In this document: positions 47,339-57,013 of the stretch, piece by piece | Position numbering within the stretch: position 1 is the first letter of the stretch | Layout of the letters: every line of letters begins with the position of its first letter | Assembly (NCBI GenBank): GCA_963843145.1 | Contig: CAWJJC010000020.1 | Coordinates: 713,788 to 777,787 of the forward strand | Reading direction: 5' to 3' | DNA from: an uncultured delta proteobacterium | Lineage (GTDB): Bacteria > Desulfobacterota > RBG-13-43-22 | DNA: 64,000 bases | Translations under genes and position numbers: made by a program | The notes under the pieces: model-generated | The model's input: the letters and a program-made list of their open reading frames with translations, nothing else | Database searches by the model: none | What the model was told of the DNA's origin: nothing

Positions 47339-49588
47339 TCAACTGATCCCAGAACTCGCCTCTGGCCAGAGTTTTTCCAGCCGGTCCAGCAGTTCCCCCA
47401 TTTCCGACTGGCTGGACAGGTAATAATCGGCATACAGGCTCTCGCCGATCGAAATGGAAAGACCCTTATCCTTCAGCGCCTGGAAAGCGTCCTCATCGGT
47501 TACATCATCACCGATATAGATGGGCAGCTTGCCTTGTCCCAGCTTTTCCAAAATAAAAGAAACCGCCACGCCTTTATCCGGCGCCTGGAGGGGCCGGATT
47601 TCAAAGACTTTCTTGCCGGACCGTAAGGCAAAAAAGTGGTCATACTCCTTGGCCAGATTGAAAATAAGGTTGAAGAGCTTTCCCACATAGGGAATAGGAA
47701 CCTGGCGGAAATGGATGCTGGCCGTGATCGTTTTATCCTCAATGAAAACCCCGGGAATGTAGGTCGTCGCCTCCCGCAGGCGGCCCAGATACTCTTCCAG
47801 CATCGGGCGATCGAATTTCCATTCCGGCAGAGCATACACTCCCAGGCCATCCCTTATCTCCGCCCCATGATTTCCGGCATACAGCAGGTCATCCACCCCG
47901 ACCTTCTCGCGGATATCCTGGAGGCTCCGTCCACTGATCACGGCCAGGGAGACCTTGTCTTTCAAACGCTGGAGCCGGGCCCGCATGGCTTCGGAAAGGA
48001 CCGCTTTTTCCGGAGAGGAGACGATCGGCGTCAAGGTTCCGTCGTAATCCAGAAACAGGAAAACCGGCCGGCCTTGAATCTCTTTGGCGATGCGGTCCCA
48101 ATGCTCAAAAACATTACTCTGGGTCCTGGACCGCATTCCCGACAAGTGGAGCATCTCCCCGAGAATATCAAAAATCCAGCGGTGGATGTCATGCTCCTCC
48201 ACTTGCCTTCTTAAGGCCGTCATGCGGCCCTTTCGTTCCTGCTCCGGCATGAGCAAGGCTTTCTTGATCTGCTCCGAGAAGTCTTCCAGATTGTAGGGAT
48301 TGACCAGAATAGCGCCGTCCAGTTCTTCGGCCGCGCCGGCAAACTCGCTGAGGATCAACACTCCTTTTTCATCCACCTGAGCCGCCGCGTACTCCTTGGC
48401 CACCAGATTCATGCCGTCATAGACGGAGCTGATGATGGCCAGGTCCGCCAGCCGGTAATAGGCCACCAGGTCCGGATGATCGATTTTGGTGTCCAGGTAA
48501 ATGATGGGCTGCCAGTCCGGTCCCCCGAATTTGCGATTAATTTTGGCGACCAGGTCCTCCACGGTTTTTTTATAACTCAAATACGGTTCCCGCATCCGGG
48601 TCGGCACGGCCACTTGAATAAAGGTGAAACGATTTCTCCATTTTTCATACCGTTCAAAAAACAGTTGAAGGCTTTGCAGGCGCTTGATCAAGGCCTTGGT
48701 GTATTCCAGCCGATCGACCCCCACCCCCACCTGTCCGCTGAGACGATATTTTTTTCTGATCCGGCCCATCAATCGTTCGGTCCGGGGGGCCTCGGCCATA
48801 GCGCTGAATTTCTTGAAATCGATGCTGATGGCGAAAGCCTTCAGACGGGTCAAATGTCCCTCGTAGCGGACCGTCTCCTGCGAATAATCCACCTCCGCCC
48901 CCAGGCCCTCCCGGGCGCAATCCAGGAAGTTCTTCACAAACAGCGGAATCTGAAACCCGATCAGGTCATTTCCCAATAAGCCTTTCAGAATCTCAGGGGC
49001 CTGAGGACAGATCCGAAAAACACTCCAGTCCGGCCAGGGGATATGCCAGAAATGGGCGATAACCGCCGGAAGGTTTTTGTCGCGCAGGGCCCCGGGAACC
49101 AGGCAGAGGTGGTAATCGTGAATCCAGACCAGGGAGGGGTCCTTGACTTCCTCCTCGACGGCCCGGGCAAAGAGGCTATTGGCCAAAGTATAATCTTCCC
49201 AATATTTATTGCGGTAATAGACCCGGTCCAGGGTGATGTGGCAAAGGGGCCAGAGTACCTGGTTGGAATACCCGTGATAGTAATTTTCCACCAACCCGGG
49301 ATTGAGCCAGACCCGTTTCAACCGGTAGGAAGGCTGATCCGGCGGGACGGATACCCGGTCGTTTTCATCCACACTATCCCGGTCGGCGCTGCCGCTCCCC
49401 CAGGCGATCCAGGTCCCCCCCAGGGATTGCATCACATCGTCCAGGGCCGAGGTCAGACCGCCGGCCGGTTGATCCACGACCTTCCCCTCCCGGGTATTTT
49501 TGTGGATATAGGGTTCCCGGTTGGAAACCACAATAAGATTCTGGTTGGACAACCCGGTCTCCAAAACCGCACCTAACCGATCTTCCAT
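47339..49588 (-). CDS. Bifunctional trehalose-6-phosphate synthase/phosphatase (OtsA-OtsB fusion)
   Basis: VSNREP, WIHDYHL, HIPWP, DRLEYTK, DGMNLVAKE; then FLDYDGTL, SGR, GNHG, GDDVTDEDAF. Confidence 0.93.
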   Translation of the reverse strand: MEDRLGAVLETGLSNQNLIVVSNREPYIHKNTREGKVVDQPAGGLTSALDDVMQSLGGTWIAWGSGSADRDSVDENDRVSVPPDQPSYRLKRVWLNPGLVENYYHGYSNQVLWPLCHITLDRVYYRNKYWEDYTLANSLFARAVEEEVKDPSLVWIHDYHLCLVPGALRDKNLPAVIAHFWHIPWPDWSVFRICPQAPEILKGLLGNDLIGFQIPLFVKNFLDCAREGLGAEVDYSQETVRYEGHLTRLKAFAISIDFKKFSAMAEAPRTERLMGRIRKKYRLSGQVGVGVDRLEYTKALIKRLQSLQLFFERYEKWRNRFTFIQVAVPTRMREPYLSYKKTVEDLVAKINRKFGGPDWQPIIYLDTKIDHPDLVAYYRLADLAIISSVYDGMNLVAKEYAAAQVDEKGVLILSEFAGAAEELDGAILVNPYNLEDFSEQIKKALLMPEQERKGRMTALRRQVEEHDIHRWIFDILGEMLHLSGMRSRTQSNVFEHWDRIAKEIQGRPVFLFLDYDGTLTPIVSSPEKAVLSEAMRARLQRLKDKVSLAVISGRSLQDIREKVGVDDLLYAGNHGAEIRDGLGVYALPEWKFDRPMLEEYLGRLREATTYIPGVFIEDKTITASIHFRQVPIPYVGKLFNLIFNLAKEYDHFFALRSGKKVFEIRPLQAPDKGVAVSFILEKLGQGKLPIYIGDDVTDEDAFQALKDKGLSISIGESLYADYYLSSQSEMGELLDRLEKLWPEASSGIS

Positions 49589-49607
49589 TGTTGTTCCTTC
49601 TCTAATT

Positions 49608-50819
49608 TTACAGTTCCAATCGAGGCCTGCCGTTATTTTCCAGAGTGAGCCAGACGGCGAGATAATCCCGCATCTGACGGGTGATCAAAAAATTTTTTCG
49701 AACGTATTCCCGGGCCTGTTCCCCGATCCGGCTGACCATCTCCGGATTGTTCAGTAATTGCCGAATCCGGAAGGCCGCCCCCTCGATGGAATGGACCAGA
49801 AGGCCGGTAACTCCGTGGATGATCTGGAGCGGGATCCCTCCCACCGCTCCTCCGATGACCGGCTTGCCTTTCCACATGGCCTCGGAGACGGTCAGTCCGA
49901 ACCCTTCCTTGATCGACTTCTGTACGACTATCGTGGCAGCCCGCTGCAGGGCGTTGATTTTTAAATCACTGCCGGCCGGCAACAACAGTAAGAAAATATC
50001 AGGGTCTCCCTGGCAATAATTCTGCACCTCCGCCAAAACCTGTTCCCCCTCGGGGTCATCGGTCGCCGTGCTGCCGGCCAGAATCAAAATGCAATCATTG
50101 TACTTTTTGGCCATCCGGTAGGCCTGGATCACCCCGATGGGATCTTTAAACCGGTCGAAACGGGAGACCTGGAGCACGATCGGCCGATCCCGGGGAATGT
50201 TCAATTCGTTTAGGACCTGGTCGATCTCCTCGGGCGAAAGATTCCGGTTTTTTTCACTGATGGGATCGATGGACGGAGGAATAATAAATTTGTCGAGGGG
50301 CAGATCCTGGGCAAATTTGGCCACGGAAAAAATGACCCCCTGGTATTGCTGGACATAGCGGCTGATCGGCTGCCAGACTTCCGGGTAGGGTTTGGACAGG
50401 TCGATATGGCAGCGCCAGACCCAGTGCCCTTCTTTCTTGTATTCGATCAGGGGCACCGGCTGCGGATCATGGATCAGGACCATATCGGCTTCCAGATCGA
50501 GCCGTTGGGCGTTTACCTGGTTGATATGATGATGATAGTCCCACATTTCCGGGGTGATGAGAACCTCGTCCCCCTGGAGGCCATTGTGAAACAATTTGGT
50601 GGTTTCGAAAAACGGTTCGTCGCCCTCGATAACTTCCCAGCGGGTCCGGATACCCAGTTCCTGAAGCATGGGAATCATCCGTTGCAGTATTTCCGCCACC
50701 CCGCCGCCGTCTTTCGTGGAATTTATGTGCAGGAAGGTCCTGTCTTTCAGCCTGTCCCCCATGCGCTTCAAAAGGATTAAATCCCCCTTGGGGGCGATAC
50801 CGGTATAGGTGTTGATCAT
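49608..50819 (-). CDS. treT: TreT-like trehalose glycosyltransferring synthase (GT4)
   Basis: NST..GGGVAEIL, HNGLQG, HDPQP, WRCHIDLS, QVSRFDRFKDP, EGFGLTVSEAMWK. Confidence 0.85.
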   Translation of the reverse strand: MINTYTGIAPKGDLILLKRMGDRLKDRTFLHINSTKDGGGVAEILQRMIPMLQELGIRTRWEVIEGDEPFFETTKLFHNGLQGDEVLITPEMWDYHHHINQVNAQRLDLEADMVLIHDPQPVPLIEYKKEGHWVWRCHIDLSKPYPEVWQPISRYVQQYQGVIFSVAKFAQDLPLDKFIIPPSIDPISEKNRNLSPEEIDQVLNELNIPRDRPIVLQVSRFDRFKDPIGVIQAYRMAKKYNDCILILAGSTATDDPEGEQVLAEVQNYCQGDPDIFLLLLPAGSDLKINALQRAATIVVQKSIKEGFGLTVSEAMWKGKPVIGGAVGGIPLQIIHGVTGLLVHSIEGAAFRIRQLLNNPEMVSRIGEQAREYVRKNFLITRQMRDYLAVWLTLENNGRPRLEL

Positions 50820-51487
50820 AGCGAGATGGTCTCCATGTCTGCTCTCAGCTTCTGTTCCACTTCTTGAATCAGGTGCTCTTTAATATCCTCCAGGCCGTTC
50901 ATAAAGGGGTCGATGGTCCGGACCCTTTCAGCCAGAGCCGTCTCCCCCAGGACATCCTCCATCCATTGGGAGAAGTCATCCTGACGGCTGCCCAACCGCA
51001 CCCGGGCTTCATAAAAATGATAGTAAATGGAGGCCGGTTCGATGTATTTGATGGCCATCAAAAATTCCGCCAGATTCCGAATACGGACCCCGGCCGGAAA
51101 AATCACGGAAACCGTTTCATTAAAGTAAAATTCATCTCCCGGCCAGACCGCCCGGGGTCGGGGCGACTGGTTCAGGTAGGTATCGATTATGAGCAACAAC
51201 TCCTGGCGGACCTCCTGAATATGTGTATGGCTGAAGGGGTCCACCATGGACAGTCGTTCGGCCAGGGAACGCTCTTCCAAAAATTCGCCCGCCCAATGGG
51301 CGAAATCGTTGGTATACTCGACGCTGATATCCTTCAGAAAATATTCATGGGTATGATGGTAGATGGACCGGTCGGAAACCGTCGCCATGGCCTCTCGCAG
51401 TTCCTTCAGATCCCTGGCCTTCCTGCCGGTCGATTTGAGCAGCAGGACGCACTGCCTGAAGGCGAAAGATTGGTTTTGATTGTTCAT
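50816..51487 (-). CDS. DUF5752/OrfY-like TreT-associated protein
   Basis: Two tandem halves (SIYHH..NDFAHW and SIYYH..DDFSQW); overlaps the treT start. Confidence 0.75.
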   Translation of the reverse strand: MNNQNQSFAFRQCVLLLKSTGRKARDLKELREAMATVSDRSIYHHTHEYFLKDISVEYTNDFAHWAGEFLEERSLAERLSMVDPFSHTHIQEVRQELLLIIDTYLNQSPRPRAVWPGDEFYFNETVSVIFPAGVRIRNLAEFLMAIKYIEPASIYYHFYEARVRLGSRQDDFSQWMEDVLGETALAERVRTIDPFMNGLEDIKEHLIQEVEQKLRADMETISL

Positions 51488-52527
51488 GCGCTCTCCTGCT
51501 TTTCCTGCCGCAGATGAACCGTACGCTGCGGGAAGGGGATCTCGATGCCTTCATCTTTGAAACGCTTGAAGATACGTTTCCGCAATTCATGCTGGGCCAG
51601 GTAGTTGTCCACAAACTCGTTAACCTGGCAGATCAGTGTAAAATCCAGGGAGCTGTCTCCGAAACCTGGAATAAAGCGGACAAAGGGTTCCGGTTCCGGC
51701 AACAGTCCGGGAACCTCCCCGGCGGTCTTCTTGGCCACCTCGATCAAGATGCGCTCCACCTGCTCGGGATCCGTGTCATAGCTGACCGACACCGGAATAA
51801 GCAGCGAGAGGCGCTTTTCCGGCAAATAATAATTCGTGATGACACTTTGGGCCAACTTGCCGTTCGGAATCACGACAATGTTGTTGGCCAGCAGCCGGAC
51901 CCGGGTCGTCCGCCAGTTGATATCGGTTACAATTCCTTCCTGGCCCGATTCCAGCCGGATAAAATCACCGACACGAATGGCCCGTTCCATCAATAGGTTG
52001 ATTCCGGCAAAAAGGTTTTCCAGGGTATCCTTCAGAGCCAAACCCACTGCCAGGCCGCCGACCCCTAGCGCGGTAACCATGGGGGCAATGGAAACTCCCA
52101 AAATGGTCAAGGCCGTCAAGAACCCGATGATCGCGATGATTCCCTTAACAATTCCCTGAGCCAGCCCGGTGCTTGGGACGGGTAGGTCCAGTTTTTCGAT
52201 ATAAAAGTTAAAAAGTCTTCCGGATAAATTCACGACCCCGATGACGATTGAAAGCAATATGGCCAGATGAATGGCTTTAGTAATATAAAATGCTATGCCG
52301 GAGGAAAGTTCCAGCAGGTCAACTCCCAGGCGGAGCCCGATGGCCAGACACAAAAAAATGGAAGGAATTTTAATCGCCCGGATGATCAGATCATCCATCC
52401 GGGAGTTGGTCCGTGTCGCCCAGTGATGAAGGGCACGCATCACAATGGCGCGAACGGCAAGCAGGATAGAGAAGATGATTAGAAAGGTTAGAAAGGGAAC
52501 TAAATATTTATCTAAATAGGCATTCAT
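51484..52527 (-). CDS. mscS: Small-conductance mechanosensitive channel
   Basis: LGVGGLAVGLALKDTL.N.FAG, GD.I, I.WRTT, VIPN, FGDSSL.F, GIEIPFPQR. Confidence 0.92.
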   Translation of the reverse strand: MNAYLDKYLVPFLTFLIIFSILLAVRAIVMRALHHWATRTNSRMDDLIIRAIKIPSIFLCLAIGLRLGVDLLELSSGIAFYITKAIHLAILLSIVIGVVNLSGRLFNFYIEKLDLPVPSTGLAQGIVKGIIAIIGFLTALTILGVSIAPMVTALGVGGLAVGLALKDTLENLFAGINLLMERAIRVGDFIRLESGQEGIVTDINWRTTRVRLLANNIVVIPNGKLAQSVITNYYLPEKRLSLLIPVSVSYDTDPEQVERILIEVAKKTAGEVPGLLPEPEPFVRFIPGFGDSSLDFTLICQVNEFVDNYLAQHELRKRIFKRFKDEGIEIPFPQRTVHLRQEKQESA

Positions 52528-52703
52528 TGATTAATAGTAACTGAAAGGGACACAACTGTCAAATGATGAACGTCGGCAGGCAGTTGGCCATACGGGACTT
52601 TGAGCGAAGCGGTGCGGTCCTCCGGCTGTAGCCGAGGGAGACATCAATGCCCATCCGGCCTTAACCCGCCTTCTTCCGGCTTCAATTCGGGTCGAGGCAA
52701 TGC

Positions 52704-53705
52704 TCATCCGCTTCGGCCCTCGAGGAATTTCTGACTGATATCCTGCGCGATTAAAGGGGCATTTCCGCCGGCCCGGTTGTTGATGATCAGGTAAAGGTCC
52801 AGTTCCCTCTCGGCAGCCCGTTTCATCAACGCCACGGTGTCCTGGACCAGGCCCGGACTGAGCATCCCCTCCACGAGTTTATCGAAAGGATGGGCTTGAG
52901 CGAAAGCGTCTTCGTAGCGCTTGCCGATGGGGGTCATCAGGCGAACCAGACCCACCCGGCCGGCGGTGACCCAGCGGCCGCCGGCCCGCGCCACTTGCCG
53001 GCTTAAGGGCGGCAGCCAGGTCCAGTGCGACAGGATCTGACCGACCCCGTGCTTTTCCAAGATCTCGAATACGGGCGGGGACCAATAGGCTTCGGTCCTC
53101 AGCTCCAGATGGTACCGGGCATCCCGGGGAAGGGCTTCAAAGAAGGCGTCCCATCCGGAGGCCAGTTGAGAGATGGGTATCCGGTCTTCTTTACGCTGAT
53201 ACTCCTGTTCAAAGACCATCCCCGCCAGATTTGATCCTAATAATTTATTCGCCGGGAGGTAGAACTGGTCCAGGAATACGCGGGAATTTAAGTAATGGGG
53301 GTTGGCGACCGTCTGGTTTCCCTGGCGGACTTTAAGGGCGCAGACTTCTTGAGGCACCTTTAAGATGACCCGATCATCCTTTTCCAGATAACGGGTATAA
53401 TTTCTTAGAACATGGTAGTTCGAGGTGGGTTCTCCGTCCGGCGTCAGCAGCGGTCGATAAAAGGTGTAGTCCAGTTCCAGAATGGAAAAGTGCTCGAAAT
53501 ACTCCCGGACGCTGTCCACCGGCACGACTTCATCCCGGTAAACTTTCCCACCCACGGTATGGGACCGGTGCGTGATCCGGCCCTGGTATTTTTCCGCGGA
53601 ATAGATCTGGCCGATCCAGCCCGCGTAGCGGTCGCTGGCCGTGCCGATGAAAATATGGGGATGAAGACCCCGGAAACGAAAGCTTTTCAGGTCTAAATTT
53701 TTCAC
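52704..53705 (-). CDS. DUF72 family protein
   Basis: IGTAS..Y.GW.G..Y, Y.EHF..LELD.TFY, KVP, ELR, NN...G.AP. Confidence 0.8.
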   Translation of the reverse strand: MKNLDLKSFRFRGLHPHIFIGTASDRYAGWIGQIYSAEKYQGRITHRSHTVGGKVYRDEVVPVDSVREYFEHFSILELDYTFYRPLLTPDGEPTSNYHVLRNYTRYLEKDDRVILKVPQEVCALKVRQGNQTVANPHYLNSRVFLDQFYLPANKLLGSNLAGMVFEQEYQRKEDRIPISQLASGWDAFFEALPRDARYHLELRTEAYWSPPVFEILEKHGVGQILSHWTWLPPLSRQVARAGGRWVTAGRVGLVRLMTPIGKRYEDAFAQAHPFDKLVEGMLSPGLVQDTVALMKRAAERELDLYLIINNRAGGNAPLIAQDISQKFLEGRSG

Positions 53706-53820
53706 TGATTTCTCCTCCTTTAGTGAAAAATTTAGTGAATTCAAATGGGAAAATAGCTTTCCGAGCAAATCGGCGCTCAGATTGAGTCAGCCTCAACCTT
53801 CTTTGACTGCGAGGCTGTTT

Positions 53821-54600
53821 CTATTTCTCTTTCCAGACTGGATTTCTTTTCTCCAGAAAGGCACTTACCCCTTCCCTGGCATCTTCGGAAGAACAAAGAC
53901 GGGCGAACGCCTCGTTCATATATTCGAAGGCTTTATAATAATCCAGATCCGCGGCCGCATAGAAGGCCTTCTTGGCGATCTGCACCCCCACCGGACTCTT
54001 TTGGGCCAGAGTTGCCGCCCAGTTGCGGGTTTCCTTTTCCAGATCGGCTTCCGGGATGACTTTGTTGACCAGCCCCATGGCCAAGGCTTCCTGGGCTGAA
54101 ATCAAATTACCGTAGAACAGTAATTCGAGCGCACGCTTTCTCCCGATGGACCGGGTTACCGGGACTACCGGTCCGATGCAGTTAAGTCCCACGTTGATGG
54201 CCGTCAGACCCAGGCGCGCCTTTTCACCGGCCACGGCCAAGTCGGCGGCGGCGACTAGACCGGCCCCATTGGCCGCCGCAACTCCCTGGACTTGGGCAAT
54301 AACCGGTTTTTTCAGGCGGCTGATGGTGACCAGCGGATTCTCCATACATTCTATCCAGTCACGATACTCGCTAACGCTCTTATTGAAAAAATCGCTGACA
54401 TCGATACCGGCACAAAAGGCCTTGCCCGCTCCTTTAAGGAGAATTACTCGAACCTGCTTTTCCGCGTCGAGTTCCAATAGGGCCTGATTAAGCTCCGTTG
54501 CCAGAGGAATATTAAAGGTATTCAGGTTATTGGGCCGATTAAGGGTTAATTCCGCAACAAAATCCTCTCCGATTTTCACCAGGATGTTTTCGTAGCTCAT
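53821..54600 (-). CDS. Enoyl-CoA hydratase/isomerase (crotonase) family protein
   Basis: TLNRP..LN, AFCAG.D, KPVIAQV.G.A...G, EA..MGLVN, EG..AFLEKR.P.W. Confidence 0.9.
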   Translation of the reverse strand: MSYENILVKIGEDFVAELTLNRPNNLNTFNIPLATELNQALLELDAEKQVRVILLKGAGKAFCAGIDVSDFFNKSVSEYRDWIECMENPLVTISRLKKPVIAQVQGVAAANGAGLVAAADLAVAGEKARLGLTAINVGLNCIGPVVPVTRSIGRKRALELLFYGNLISAQEALAMGLVNKVIPEADLEKETRNWAATLAQKSPVGVQIAKKAFYAAADLDYYKAFEYMNEAFARLCSSEDAREGVSAFLEKRNPVWKEK

Positions 54601-54623
54601 GCGCTAACTCCTTTCCTTTCATT

Positions 54624-55199
54624 TTATTGTCGGGCGATCTTCCTCACCTCTTTATATCTAAAACAATCGACCGTGTGGTCGTTGACCATCCCGACGGCTT
54701 GCATAAAGGCGTAACAAATCGTTGGGCCGACAAAGTTGAACCTCCGTTTCTTGAGGTCCCTGCTCATCCTGTCAGAAAGGTCAGTTCGGCTCGGCAATTC
54801 GGCCAGGGATTTCCAGGTATTCTGCCTGGGGGCGCGATCGACATACCGCCAGATAAACGAATCGAAAGAACCAAACGACTCCATTATGTCCAAAACCCCT
54901 TGCGCGTTCCTGATGGCCGCTTCTATCTTCAGCCGGTTGCGCACGATGCCTGCATCAGCCAATAGGCGCTGCACCTCGCCCTCGGAATAGGCAGCCACTC
55001 GCTCGATGTCGAAACCCTGAAAGGCCCGCCGATATTGCTCCCTTTTCCGGAGGATCGTCAACCAGCTCAGGCCGGCCTGCATTCCCTCGAGGATCAGCAT
55101 TTCGAAAAGACGCCGATCGTCGTGAACGGGCACCCCCCATTCGTCGTCGTGATACGAGAGATAGAGAGGGTCCCGGCCACACCATTCACAACGAATCAT
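54624..55199 (-). CDS. tag: DNA-3-methyladenine glycosylase I
   Basis: RC.W, YHD.EWGVP, LEG.QAGLSW.TIL.KR, IVRNRLKI, FMQAVGMVNDH...C. Confidence 0.95.
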   Translation of the reverse strand: MIRCEWCGRDPLYLSYHDDEWGVPVHDDRRLFEMLILEGMQAGLSWLTILRKREQYRRAFQGFDIERVAAYSEGEVQRLLADAGIVRNRLKIEAAIRNAQGVLDIMESFGSFDSFIWRYVDRAPRQNTWKSLAELPSRTDLSDRMSRDLKKRRFNFVGPTICYAFMQAVGMVNDHTVDCFRYKEVRKIARQ

Positions 55200-55213
55200 G
55201 ACCAATTCCCATG

Positions 55214-56347
55214 TTAATAAATATCAAAAACAACGAGTTTGACGGGAACGGTGCCGTTCAGAAACGGCGCCTGTTTTTTAGGTTTCAGGCCGATTTCCTT
55301 TAGCGGTGCGGACGCGGGCGCGAGAATCCCGCAGCGCCAGCCTTTAAAGTGATTTTTGAGGTGATCACCGATGGCCCGCAAAAATTCGGGGGTCACCTCT
55401 TCTTCCGTCATGCGGACACCGTAAGGGATATTGGCGATCAAGAGTCCGCTCTCCGCCGGCTTTTCTGTCTGAAAGAAGTCTTGGGTCTCGAACCGAACCA
55501 CGGTTTCCAACCGGGCATTGGCGGCGGTTTTTTGGGCGATCCTGACAAATTGGGGATCGATATCGGAAGCAAATATCCCCGCCGGCGCGGGCCGTTCCGC
55601 CGCCAGTGCCGCGTCCCGAACGGCCTGCCAAACCCCGGAATCAAAATCGAGCAGATGTTCAAAGCCGAAACCGCCTTTTTTCCTATTAATCAGCGGGGCC
55701 CGGTTGATTGCCATTTGCGCGGCTTCGACCACGATGGTGCCGCTCCCGCACATGGGATCGAAGAAAGGCGTAGTCCCGTCGTACTCACAGACCGCCAGCA
55801 GGGCCGCGGCCAATGTTTCCTTCAAAGGGGCCGGATGGCCCTCCACGCGGAATCCCCGCCGGTGCAGGCTCTCCAGGGAAGTATCGACGCTGACCATCAG
55901 CCTTTTGTGGTGGAAGTAGCCGGTGATCCCGATGACGGCGTCCCAGGAGCTTTGATTGGGGGTGATCTTCAGGTGATGTTGAAAGCAATCGTTGATGGCC
56001 TCGCGCAGTTTACTGCCGATCAAATGCGTGGGAATCGGACTTTCCTCGTTGGCGGCGACCACGGTGATGCTCACCGCCTGTCGGTCGGAAAAGAGCTCGT
56101 GAAAACGAATCCGTCTCGCCTTGTCGAAGATTATAGTCGGGGAGTGCGCCGGGATTTCCTTTACAACCCGGTAAACCCGACTGGCCAGGCGGGAATGCAG
56201 GTGTACCCGGTAAAAGACTTCTTTCGAAGCGGAAAAGTATACCACCCGGTAGGCGGTCCGCACTTCGGTTCCACCCAGGGAAGCGATTTCCTTGGCCAAA
56301 AGGTCCGTCAGTTCATCGGGGCAGGTGGCGTAAAGCGGATATTCCAT
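55214..56347 (-). CDS. Second THUMP-domain rRNA methyltransferase (RlmL-like)
   Basis: SR.ASRV, SLHRRGFR, APLKETLAAA, DPMCGSGTI.VEAA, ANIPYG. Confidence 0.85.
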   Translation of the reverse strand: MEYPLYATCPDELTDLLAKEIASLGGTEVRTAYRVVYFSASKEVFYRVHLHSRLASRVYRVVKEIPAHSPTIIFDKARRIRFHELFSDRQAVSITVVAANEESPIPTHLIGSKLREAINDCFQHHLKITPNQSSWDAVIGITGYFHHKRLMVSVDTSLESLHRRGFRVEGHPAPLKETLAAALLAVCEYDGTTPFFDPMCGSGTIVVEAAQMAINRAPLINRKKGGFGFEHLLDFDSGVWQAVRDAALAAERPAPAGIFASDIDPQFVRIAQKTAANARLETVVRFETQDFFQTEKPAESGLLIANIPYGVRMTEEEVTPEFLRAIGDHLKNHFKGWRCGILAPASAPLKEIGLKPKKQAPFLNGTVPVKLVVFDIY

Positions 56348-56679
56348 CAGCAGGTCCTTGGATTAAAGGTTCTTTTCTTGGCGACCGATACACAAAGGTC
56401 AAAGGTGTAGCCTAGCCCTGATAAAAGGAGATCATTTGATGAATTGCTGGGAATTCAAGAAAGAAAGTATTCACGCGGCGATAGGAATACTTTCGATCTC
56501 CCGAAGGATGAAAGGCCTATCTGGGGGCTCAAAGCATCGAGGGTCGCTACTTCTACCCTTCATCCAAGCAACTTCTATCTAATAGTAGCAAACTAATAAA
56601 AATACATAAATAAATAAAATTACAACCTTATCGAGAATATGCAAGCTTTCGATTATTGGGGTTCGATTCGTTAACGGAA

Positions 56680-56811
56680 ATTGTCGAATGTCGACAATCT
56701 TGACAATGAACCTTTCCCGCTTTCTTTTCTAGTTATAAATCAATGCCTTTGGCCCTTCCAACCTTTTGATCCGACCCTGAGGTTTCGACATCTTTGTCGA
56801 ACGACTGACAA
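56680..56811. promoter_or_regulatory. Cluster of TGTCGA/TCGACA palindromes (putative activator sites)
   Basis: ATTGTCGA-ATG-TCGACAAT (56680-56698), TTCGACA-TCTT-TGTCGAA (56784-56801), plus extra TGACAA half-sites. Confidence 0.55.
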
Positions 56812-56874
56812 TACCGGTAAATAAAATCCAATCCATTTAACAAAGATATCGGCCTGTTATTCGAAATATTTGGA

Positions 56875-56890
56875 TGGCATAATTATTGAA
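56875..56890 (+). promoter_or_regulatory. Putative sigma54 promoter of the SHOCT-oxidase operon (deviant -12)
   Basis: TGGCATAATTATTGAA, GG-N10-GA. Confidence 0.55.
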
Positions 56891-57013
56891 ATAAATTATG
56901 CTGGATATTGCCTTTCGCAAGCCTCCGCGAAGTCAAATTAATCTTCTCCTTCCCCCACCTCCTCCCAATGGGGAGAGATTGAAAGGGCGAAGGGGAAAGA
57001 GGAAAGGAGTTGT

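Noticed and set aside
56944-56997. Purine/pyrimidine hairpin in the SHOCT leader as a riboswitch
   Set aside because: Weak, low-complexity pairing with no recognisable aptamer motif.
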